A stretch of DNA of 64,000 nt. It comes from Octopus vulgaris (taxonomy: Eukaryota). Below are positions 51,139 through 61,979 of the stretch, in pieces. The stretch is from positions 86,490,001 to 86,554,000 of the forward strand of contig OX597819.1 of assembly GCA_951406725.2 (NCBI GenBank), in the 5' to 3' direction. Within the stretch, counting starts at the first letter, position 1; the number at the start of each line of letters is the position of its first letter. The translations under genes were made by a program, and so were the position numbers. The notes below the pieces were generated by a model. That model saw nothing but the letters and a program-made list of their open reading frames with translations. It did not search any database and had not been told where the DNA came from.

Positions 51139-51561
51139 AATTCAAAATATTACATTATATAATTAGGGCTTAGTAAAATAAATTACTTTGCCACATACTG
51201 GACTTAGTAGAAATAGCAGCCCCAAAAAATTTTTTTTTTTCTTAGCATTTCTACTACTTAAAGAAAATTTCTCTCAGATAATGTTTACTCCAGACAGCTC
51301 ACGAAGGTTTGGGGGTAAATACAGAAAAATATCACAAGTACATAGATCGTACGATCTATGTACTTGTGATATTTTTCTGTATTTACCCCCAAACCTTCGT
51401 GAGCTGTCTGGAGTAAACATTATCTGAGAGAAATTTTCTTTAAGTAGTAGAAATGCTAAGAAAAAAAAAAAAAAAAAAAACTGCTATTTCTACTAAGTCC
51501 AGTATGTGGCAAAGTAATTTATTTTACTAAGCCCTAATTATATAATGTAATATTTTGAATT
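51139..51561. repeat. Spacer-less palindrome (~210-bp arms)
   Basis: Centre gatcgt|acgatc at 51350/51351. The arms match except around the poly-T/poly-A tract. Confidence 0.92.
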
Positions 51562-51589
51562 ACATATATATATATATATATATATATAT

Positions 51590-51932
51590 CGAATTGAACC
51601 AGCCAGGATCCCTGGTCTGGTGGTACGTAAAAAGCACTATCCGACTCGTGGCCGATGCCAGCACCGCCTCGACTGGCTTCCGTGCCGGTGGCACATAAAA
51701 TACACCAATCCGACCGTGGCCATTGCCAGCCTCGCCTGGCACCTGTGCCGGTGGCACGTAAAAAGCACCCACTACACTCACGGAGTGGTTGGCGTTAGGA
51801 AGGGCATCCAGCTGTAGAAACATTGCCAGATTAGACTGGAGCCTGGTGCAGCCTTCTGGCTTCCCAGATCCCCGGTCGAACCGTCCAACCCATGCTAGCA
51901 TGGAGAACGGACGTTAAACGATGATGATGATG

Positions 51933-51935
<3 letters not shown>
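51590..51935 (+). mobile_element. RTE-LINE 3' fragment, CpG-rich (young)
   Basis: Family UTR and tail ...ggacgttaaacgatgatgatg, inserted in (TA)n. Confidence 0.85.
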
Positions 51936-51964
<29 letters not shown>

Positions 51965-53880
51965 CTATCAAATATTCTTATTGATAACTTTTTCCCTCTC
52001 TATTCTTGTTTTATGAATATGCAGTATACTACACATATGTCTTATTAATTGGATAATATAGTTTAAAAAAATGATGCTGTATTTCATCAGGGAATCACAT
52101 CCTCACATCATCACTTTAAATCTCTGCTATGGTCAATTTGTGCTCTGCTTACAGATGTACCTTATAACTTACTCCCACAGTGTTTTGTTGTTCTGTTTAT
52201 CCCTTTTTTTTTCTTTGTTTCTGCTCCTGTTTCATTTATTTCTATATTTCCTATCATGAATGCGACTCTCAAAGGAATGGCTTGCTATCTGCTTAACTTT
52301 ACAAACTGACATTATCCAAGCACATTACAATATTTTTGAAAAATCTGAAATTGACATGTAATTTACAAGTGCACTGGCATGCCCAACATTGGTGTTTTAT
52401 AATTTGGCAATATTCAAAGGTATAGAATATACAGAAAAAATACTAAGCTTTATCTGACAGTTTCAGCTTGAAGGTCGTAACGAACAATTAATAATTATTT
52501 TCAGTTACTTGCTAGTTTCAAAAATAAAAAAATAAAATAAATATAAACGAAAGCAAAAAGTTACAGTTAACATATCGGTTTGGCAGTAAAAGTTGACAGC
52601 TACTGTAGGTGACACGTACCATTTATGTGCCCAGATGAGCAGTAGCATATTGTCTGGTATATAAGTCAATTATATTATAAACCACTAAAATCATAAGCAA
52701 TCAACTCATTGAAATGATCCTTTGCTATGCTTTTACAGTACTTGAACCTGATATGATAGAAATTCTAGAGACAAATTTTTGCTCTGGTGGTATTACCTTT
52801 CAAAGTTTATCCATTGCGCAACATCATATGATTAAAGGTTACACAATTTTCAGACAGACTGTGAGATTTTCAAATTCATCATTTTTGTTTTTAAATCATT
52901 GCTGCTGCTGTTGTTGTTCTTTAACCTCAAGCCAGCCTTGACCAAGTATACCTATGACATCACAAATGTCCATCACATCATTTAATATGCTCAGGAATAT
53001 ATTATCCACCATGTCTTCTTATTTAAGATGGTAGGATGTGGTTGTTATTTCTAGTACACTAAGCAACCATGTTAGGCTTTCTCACTGGTTCAATTTAAAA
53101 CATGAAGAGGAATGGTAATGATTACCTGCCTCAGACAAATTTTATTTCGCTCGACATAGTTTACAAGTGTGCCACATGGGCCATATTTTTCAGAAGCTAC
53201 AAAATTTGGCTCTCTCCAGGTCACAAACCACAGCTAGGGTAAACTCTCAGCCTGCTTGCCTATCTATTTCACTGTCTGTCTAAGTATCTAATAATATATC
53301 TCCTCTTATAACCATAAACTTTTTATATATACTTAATCATTTACAGCCATGAACCTGTACTACTTTCATTGCATTGTATCTTGTTTTATTTTATTTCATT
53401 TTATTTTACCGTTCACCTTCCTAACCCCTTCAACTAATGACATTAACCTGTTATCTTACTATAATGATATCTGTATATTTGGAACAGTTTTTGCATTTGG
53501 TTCATTTTGTGTTTGGTTCGCAAGATTCTTGATGTGTATTTGTGTATGCGTTGAGAGAAATTATGTCTTGGGAGAGTCATTATGCCAATAATAACAGACA
53601 TATGCACTGGTTCAATATCACTTCAATATCGTTAGTCAACTGGTTAATTATTTAACCAGCTAACTAATTGATCATTTGCTTAATGTGTTGGTTAATTGCT
53701 TAATCAGCTGTTTGTTTGTCAATGTCCTTTCATTGCTATTCATGACTTACTATCACTCCTCCCAGTCTGCTTTGAATCTGTCTGAGAATTAGCCACATGC
53801 CTGTGTGTATGCATGCAGGGTATGTGTGTATGGAGATAAGTAATTGCTTACAAAAGAATAGAAGTGTGAGAGTAAAAGAA

Positions 53881-53912
<32 letters not shown>

Positions 53913-54404
53913 GTCCACTCATATGTCTCTCTGCATATGTGTTAGAGAGTGTTTTATATAAAATATATCTTTCAATCATGAGTGTTTGATGATCGCACTA
54001 ATTAATCAGTATTTTTAAAATTTGATTTGGTATTTTTACTCTTCAGATATGGCCAGTGGTACATTTTGCTTTCAATATTCTTAACTAAATTCATACTTGA
54101 GCACTAATATTTGGTTTTATTTAATCAACTTTGGGTTAGACTGTTGCAGATATAAAAAAAAGTTTTAACAATATCATTAGTATAGAACACATGAAATGTC
54201 ATTACAATTTCCATATTTTGAAAAACAAAATAAGGACTAGAGTGTAAATTTTATCATCAGTTAGAGTGTCAACTTTATATTTATGTAACATACCTTTAAT
54301 ATTACAGTCAGAGTAATGAAGATCTAGATTCTGATATTCTGATCTTCTCCTGGAGCAAAAGTATCTGCACAGACAGCATTGGCAAACAACTTATCAGATT
54401 TTGA

Positions 54405-54776
54405 TAATCAGAATTGAAAACTAGTATGATCGTTGCCAGAGTAGCTAACTGGCTTCTGTGCCGGTGGCATGTAAAAGGCACCATTCGAGCATGATCGTTA
54501 CCAGTGCTGCTCTACTGACACTTGTGGCGGTGGCATGTGGAAAAACATTCAAACAAGGTCATTGCCAGTACTGCCTGACTGGCCCCCATGCTGGTGGCAT
54601 GTAAAACCACCCACTACACTCTCAGAATGGTTGGTGTTAGGAAGGGCATCCAGCTGTGGAAACTCTGCCAGATCAAGACTGGAGCCTGGTGCAGCCATCT
54701 GGTTCGCCAGTCCTCAGTCAAATCATCCAACCCATGCTAGCATGGAAAGCGGATATTAAACGATGATGATGATGAA
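54405..54776 (+). mobile_element. RTE-LINE 3' fragment
   Basis: Matches 41740-42095. Confidence 0.8.
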
Positions 54777-54821
54777 GATATTTTCTTGTTTATTAAATTC
54801 TAAATAAAAAAATTAATAAAT

Positions 54822-55120
54822 AAAGATCCCCTTCAGTCATGAATGACCATGGGAATGCACCTAGAAAGTTACCCTCTGAGGCAAAAGTCTGGGCAAGGTC
54901 ATTTATGGAAGATCAGTAGTCACCCATGCATAACAGCCTCTCCTCTCCTAACAACCAATGTTATACAAGGGAAAGGCAAAGGTCAATACAGCTCAGCACC
55001 AGTGACTCATTTCTACAGCTGAGTGAACTGGAGCAACATGAAATAATGTGTTTTGCTCAAGAACACAACACACAGCCTGGTCCAGGAATCGAACTCTCTA
55101 CCACTGAGCCATGTGCCTTC
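54822..55120 (-). mobile_element. Probable tRNA-derived SINE (third family)
   Basis: Minus-strand head with B-box gagttcgattcc, body ...tccagttcactcagctgt..., and a (TTTA)n-like tail. Confidence 0.5.
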
Positions 55121-56219
55121 TAAAAGAATGAGTGTATATGTGTGTATATGAGTGTGTGTAAATGAGTAATCATGTGATGGTTGTAAATGTATGTCACACA
55201 AATGAGGTCATTTGTTTCCAGTCACTTGTGAAGAAACACGTTTAGTTAAGGGAATGCATCACTTTACTTGGAAACAGGTAAGAGTTGGAAACAGCAAGGG
55301 CTTCTTGCCATAGAATATCTGCCTTGAAAAATTTTGTCTGACTCATGGAAGCATGGAAAATTGGACATTTAGTGATAATGATTTAAGGTTCCAGTTCCTC
55401 TAGCTAAGGAAATTGGTACCATACGAGAATGCCATCTGGAAAACTTCCATCCACTTACTGCTGTGAAAGTCAAGCTAGACAGCGACTTTTAAAAGTCCTT
55501 TAGAATTACATGAAGTATTTAAACAAAGTAGGAATGTTTATATTGACAATGTTTGTTAAACTCATGAATTAATGAAACAAAACAAAAAACTGAGAGACAA
55601 GTGGTTCTTAGCCATGTTTAGCCTCCAGACCCTTTTGATTCCTATTTAAATCTACTGGACCTCTATATCCATTCAATATATGTATATATATGTGAATGTA
55701 AAAAGGATCCTACAGCATTTTTATAATTAAATATTGCTAGGAATTGTAGAAAAAAATGTTAAAATGCTTTGTGTACTGTAGAAGTAGAACCAATTTATTG
55801 CATGTAAACCTTAACAACAGAATCTTACATGGACCCCTAAGTGCCAAATGAGGCCTGATTTAGAACCACAGCTCTAGATAGACTCATTACTTTAAAAATT
55901 TATTGAAACAAAGGCTGTGTATTTAACACCTTAGCATTCACATTATTCTGTCCTATGTAATGCTTATCTACTCACACGTTTTGAATTAAGCTTGCATTAT
56001 CTTGTAGCTTCGAGATTTTGATGAGGTAACTGTGTATTTTTAGAAGGATATTGTAGGGATGATGTGAGGGGCCAGATCTGGCTAGTTTTAATATAAAACA
56101 GGTAGAATATTTGCGATGGATATGTCCTGTTTAAATACTAAAGGGTTAAACAGAAATATAGTAATACAAAGGTTAAAGGTTAGGCCACTGTTATGTTTTG
56201 TCCATTAAAGATAACTTAC

Positions 56220-56306
56220 TGTATCATAGGATCGTCAATAACTTCTGATGTTCTCAGTTTAGGCGGTGCACGCCGTGCGCTACCAACTCGATTTAATGAT
56301 GATGAG
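56220..56306 (-). CDS. TRAF3IP1: Internal coding exon of TRAF3-interacting protein 1 / IFT54 (MIP-T3)
   Basis: ttttacAG acceptor (56307-08) and GTAAGT donor (56214-19). 87 nt encoding SSSLNRVGSARRAPPKLRTSEVIDDPMI(Q), containing the MIP-T3 motif GSARxAPP[R/K]. Confidence 0.82.
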
Positions 56307-56409
56307 CTGTAAAAACATTAAAAAAATAAATGAAAGAAACAAATAAAAAATTAGATGTTAGGTACAAGTTTTAGAAATAGTTAAACATTATAATGCTCTT
56401 TTAATTATT

Positions 56410-56930
56410 CATCATCATCCTCATCCTCTTCATCATCATCGTTTAACGTCCGCTTTCCATGATGGCATGGGTTGGACGATACGACTGAGGACTGGCGAAC
56501 TAGATGGCTGCACCAGGCTCCAATCTTGATCTGGCAGAGTTTCTACAGCTGGATGCCCTTCCTAATGCCAACCAGTCTGAGAGTGTAGTGGGTGCTTTTA
56601 CGTGCCACCAGCACGAGGGCCAATCATGTGGTACTGGCAATGGCCACGCTCAAATGGTGTTTTTTACATGCCACCTGCACAGGATCCAGTCCAGCAGCAC
56701 TGGCAACGACCTTGCTCGAATGTTTTTTCACTTGCCACTGGCATAAGTGCCATTAAGGCAATGCTGGTAACAATCATGCTTGAATGGTGCTTTTTACATG
56801 CCACTGGCACGAAAGCCAGTTAGCCGCTCTGGCAATGATCATGCTTGTATGGTGCTCTTAGCGCCCCACTAGCATGGATGCCAGTCATCAAATTTGATTT
56901 CGATTTCACTTGCCTCAACAGGTCTTCGCT
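56410..56930 (-). mobile_element. RTE-LINE 3' UTR fragment with ~63-bp internal repeats
   Basis: Matches 26811-27290. Confidence 0.85.
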
Positions 56931-57670
56931 GTTTTAATTATTATATTCAATTTTTATTTTACCTTTTAACAAGTGAAAAATTTTGGTGGGCAACATTTCA
57001 AGATAAAACAAGCATAAATTTAGTCACTCCTGAAATGCTTTAAATTTTGAACCTTCTTGCTTAAGCATAAAGACTTTTAGTCATTGTTTAACATCTAACA
57101 ATAGTACTGAATTGTCAAAAAAATAAATAAATAAATAAAATTCTTTACAATAAAAGAAAACATATTTCCAGAGGAACATGTGTGATTAAGAAGTGCACTT
57201 TGTAACATCATGGTTTCAGATCCAGGTCCTTAGGCTGACCAAAGCCTTGTGAGTCATCGTCATCAACATTTAGCATCAATTTTTCATGCTGGCATGTGTT
57301 GGAAGGCTTGATAGGAACTAACAAAGCTAGGGTTTACACCAGGTTCCGTAGTCAAGTTTAGCTTGGTTCCTATGGCTCAATGCCCTTCCTAACATCAATC
57401 ACTTTAGAGAGAGAGAGAGAGAGAGTGTACTAGGTGCTTTTACATGGCACCAGAACCCATGCCAATATTTTTATGTGGCACCTTGGCTTCAGGATCTCAA
57501 TTCTGTTGTGGTGGGTGGGTCTTTGCAAGTACAGCAATGCACCTCTTATCTCAGTCCTCTGTCATCTCCTTCCTAATGTTCAGTTTTGAGATCAGCCTTC
57601 AATACTTCATCCCATGTCTTCCTGGGTCTTCAAGAGTGAACTTAGTAAACAGAAACTGTATGTAAGCCTG

Positions 57671-57707
<37 letters not shown>

Positions 57708-59356
57708 TTATATTGCTGTTAAATTAAGAAAAAAAAACATTTGGAATTGTGTGCACCTTATTTTTGTTCACCACCTCTTGACAACTGGTTTCGGTTTGTT
57801 TACCTCTCTAAATTACATAACCAAATTAAGCTATACATGCACTACAAGTACCACTTTCTACCTTTACATTCACACACACTTCACAACCTACTCATCACAT
57901 CACCACCCCTATGATGTATTGTTCTTAACACCCACAGCCCTATACCATATCTACAGCAACACATTTATTCCCCACAATTACACACACACACAACACTCTT
58001 TCTCACACACACTTTTTCACACATCAACTATGCTGCTCCACTGCTTATTTCTTTAACCCCCAATTTCTCACATACATCCTTCTTCCACAACTCATCTTCT
58101 AGCAACAAACCTTCCATCAATCTTCTGCAGTACAACTCACTTGAGTGCTGTAAATGACACAACTTTGTACCCCTACTAGAGTCCCTTGTTACCTCATCCT
58201 CCTTCTTGCACTCCAATTTCCTTTCTTTCACTTCCCCTATTCCGATACTCATTGCATCCAAATCTAATGCACTTATCTATCTACCCACCTTTTTTCTATC
58301 GTATTCTCTCTCTCAAAACACTGTGTAAAACGATTTTTGTCATTGGATAGCAACTGTTATTTCCTAGTTGCTTACCCCTAGAACGTATGAAAAATGGTTA
58401 ATATTTCCTTCAAACTTTGCTTTTCTTATATTTAATCAAACTTCAAAGAATTCCTGTCAACACATGCCTATGATGATCTCCAACTATTCCTGCTCATGAT
58501 CAAAGAAGCATTTATTGTCAGCCACTAAGGGACATGCTCAAGTGGTTTTGGCCAATCAAGTGACAAGCAAATCTATGGTATTAAGCAGAATATTTGCTAT
58601 AACGATATTTCTGCTTCAGCAACTCAGTGCTAAATCTGTCAGAAATGTAATGGAAAATAGATCAGTTTCAAAACATCGATGTCCAGGAAACAAAAGCAAA
58701 GTGTGAAGAAAATAGTAGTCTTTTTCTTTGTTTTCTAGATAGAAGCAAAGGAAATAACACTTACTGACCAAGCACAAAAGCAAAAAATAGTGTAGTCACT
58801 TTGTACCTTACCACACATAACTCTCTCTGTCATTCCTGATGGAGAAGCCATACATTCGCATTTCCAGCAAGACACCTGCACCTATCCCTCTATCACAATT
58901 TCATACCCCTCAATAAATACTATACCACATTCAGTTAAAGGGTCTTATCTTGCAGATACTTGGTGACCTTACCAGTGCTGGTGCAATGAAAAATAGTACC
59001 CTATACTTTTTGTTAAGTGATTGGGCATTAGGAAGGGCATCCAGCTGTAGAGATCATGGTAGAGCAGACATTGCATCTCAATGCAGCCTTCTGCTTGCTC
59101 AGTTCATGTCAAACTGTTCAACCTCTGCCAACATGCAAGGGATGTTAAATGACAATGATGATAAACACACACCTGTTTCAACTATACTCCTCTGGTGCTT
59201 ATCTCTCTAACTAGATGTTTAAACTTTATTAGAAACAGCTGACTCTCTTCTATTTTAGCCACTTCCTGTCTGCCATTCCAGTATGCTTCATCTCTGAATC
59301 TTACATTATAGTCCTATCTCACCACCCCATGCTATTTCTTTCAGTCAGCTATACTC

Positions 59357-59752
59357 TCTTTTTACTCTTTTACTTGTTTCAGTCATTTGACTGCGGCCAT
59401 GCTGCAGCACCGCCTTTAGTCGATCAAATCGACCCCAGGACTTATTCTTTGTAAGCCTAGTACTTTTACCGAACCACTAAGTTACGGGCACATAAACACA
59501 CCAGCATCGGTTGTCAAGCGATGTTGGTCGGACAAACACAGACACACAAACATACACACACATATACATACACACATATATATATATACATATATACGAC
59601 AGGCTTCTTTCAGTTTCCGTCTACCAAATCCATTCACAAGGCTTTGGTTGGCCTGAGGCTATAGTAGAAGACACTTGCCCAAGGTGCCACGCAGTGAGAC
59701 TGAACACGGAACCATGTGGTTGGTAAGCAAGCTACTTACCACAGCCACTCCT
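59357..59752 (-). mobile_element. Full-length tRNA-derived SINE family A
   Basis: Matches 15297-15700 with a small internal deletion. Confidence 0.85.
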
Positions 59753-60989
59753 ATCAACATTTTACACTTGTTCATTATTTCTGTTTTTTTGTCTATATAT
59801 TTGTTTTTTGCTTGTATCTTATCTTTTCAAGTTAGTGTAGCTATACAAATCTTTTCTCCAAATCCTTTTGAATGATGTGAAACTAAAAGCAATTTTCTTA
59901 ACTCACCCAAACTTAGTTCTTTGAATTCCATACAAACTGATATAACCCACTCCATACCCTTGCTTAAAGTTTCATACCTGTATACTATCAACTCTGCAAT
60001 TGGCTTTCTTTGACCATTTCATTGAAAATAATTGACTTATCCACATTGTTTAGGCTAAAATCTATGCTTTAACAATATATTAAATATCAACAAAACTTCT
60101 TCAATATACTCTCACATATACATGAATAAACTGAGTGAGCATCATTATATAATAGGCAAACAGCTATCTGCAGCCAAAATATTCAAAGTTCAACATTTTA
60201 GAATTGCAGTTATCAACAATGTCTCTATAACCTCCAAGTAGCAAAGAATTAGAATGAACTGTTGACCATCGAGTGATTTAGCTGCCACAGCATCTAATTA
60301 GTGCTATGAACTTTCATGAAAATACCATACTGTCTGATGTTTACAAAAGCAATTTTATACGAAGTATATTCTATAACAGTTGCAACCAAATAGCAGTGGG
60401 TTTTACCTTGAACATGTGATATATAAATAAAATCATTATATATATATATAAGGCGGTGCTCCAGCATGGTCAGTCAAAACGACAGAAACAAGTAAAAAAA
60501 ATATACATGTTAATGCTTGTTTTATGTTCAGCTATAATAAAAACAATTTTACATTAATCTGATGGGTTACTCAGTAATTTTGTACACTACAAATTTATTA
60601 TTCTTGTTGACAGTGACTTCGAAGTTTCACCTAGCTGTATGAATGCATATATAAGTACACACATTTTTTTCTCTCCTTGTTTCTTTCTGTGTTCTTTTCT
60701 ATGGAAGACTTTTTCAATTCCCGAGCGTCATACTAATACATCTGTTGTTTTCTACACCACCTGTCTTCGTCTTTTGTTTTTTTGTGAATTCTCCCTATAC
60801 ATATATATATATATTTTTTCAAAATGTGACTGCGTGTGTACCGTTGGTGATTCTTTTCCTCCGTCTTCCCTTCCTTCCTGAGCATCCAATAATACTATAT
60901 TTGTTCCATGTCCTCACGTTGTTGTGTTTTCTCTTGGTGTTTTCATGTTTGGATTAACTTTATATATATATATTCTCCCTATACATATA

Positions 60990-61231
60990 TCATCATCATC
61001 ATCATCATCGTTTAACGTCCGTTTTCCGCGCTAGCACGGGTTGGACGGTTTCGACCGGGGTCTGGGGAGCTCGGGACTGCCCCAGGCTCCAGTCTAGTCT
61101 GGCAGTGTTTCTACAGCTGGATGCCCTTCCTAACGCCAACCACTCCGCGAGTGTAGTGGGTGTTTTTTACGTGCCACCTGCACAGGTGCCAGAGGGGTCT
61201 GGTATCGGCCACGTTCGGATGGTGCTTTTTA
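60990..61231 (-). mobile_element. RTE-LINE 3' end, CpG-rich, fused to tandem repeats
   Basis: (CAT)n-cgtttaacgtccgttttccgcgctagcacggg...ggtgctttttat abuts the G-rich repeat directly. Confidence 0.85.
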
Positions 61232-61900
61232 TGGGGGGGTGCAGAAATATAGGGGAGCACCAGTGGGAGGGGTGGTTCAGAGGACAGGTACTAGGCAAGT
61301 AGAACGTAGGATATCGAGAGAGGGGTAATGCATGGTGAAATAGCGTATTGAAGAGGGGGGTTCAAAGAGTAGACACCTATAATGGTGGTGGGGGGTGCAG
61401 AAATATAGGGGAGCACCAGTGGGAGGGGTGGTTCAGGGGACAGGTTCTAGGCAAGTAGAACGTAGGATATCGAGAGAGGGGTAATGCATGGTGAAATAGC
61501 GTATTGAAGAGGGGGGTTCAAAGAGTAGACACCTATAATGGTGGTGGGGGGGGTGCAGAAATATAGGGGAGCACCAGTGGGAGGGGTGAGCACCAGTGGG
61601 AGGGGTGAGCACCAGTGGGAGGGGTGGTTCAGAGGACAGGTTCTAGGCAAGTAGAACGTAGGATATCGAGAGAGGGGTAATGCATGGTGAATAGCGTATT
61701 GAAGAGGGGGTTCAAAGAGTAGACACCTATAATGGTGGTGGGGGGGTGTAGAAATATAGGGGAGCACCAGTGGGGGGTGGTGGTTCAGAGGACAGGTTCT
61801 AGGCAAGTAGAACGTAGGATATCGAGAGAGGGGTAATGCATGGTGAAATAGCGTATTGAAGAGGGGGGTTCAAAGAGTAGACACCTATAATGGTGGTGGG
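61232..61900. repeat. G-rich tandem repeat, ~156-bp unit, 4 copies
   Basis: Unit marker g(c/t)agaaatatagggg at 61241, 61397, 61555 and 61748. Unit 3 has a triplicated 19-mer gagcaccagtgggaggggt. Confidence 0.95.
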
Positions 61901-61979
61901 AGAAAACGACATCCGGTATAGTTGGAGCAAATATAGAGATATCCGGTATTGGTGGTGGGGGTGGGTAGGGCGGACGCGC

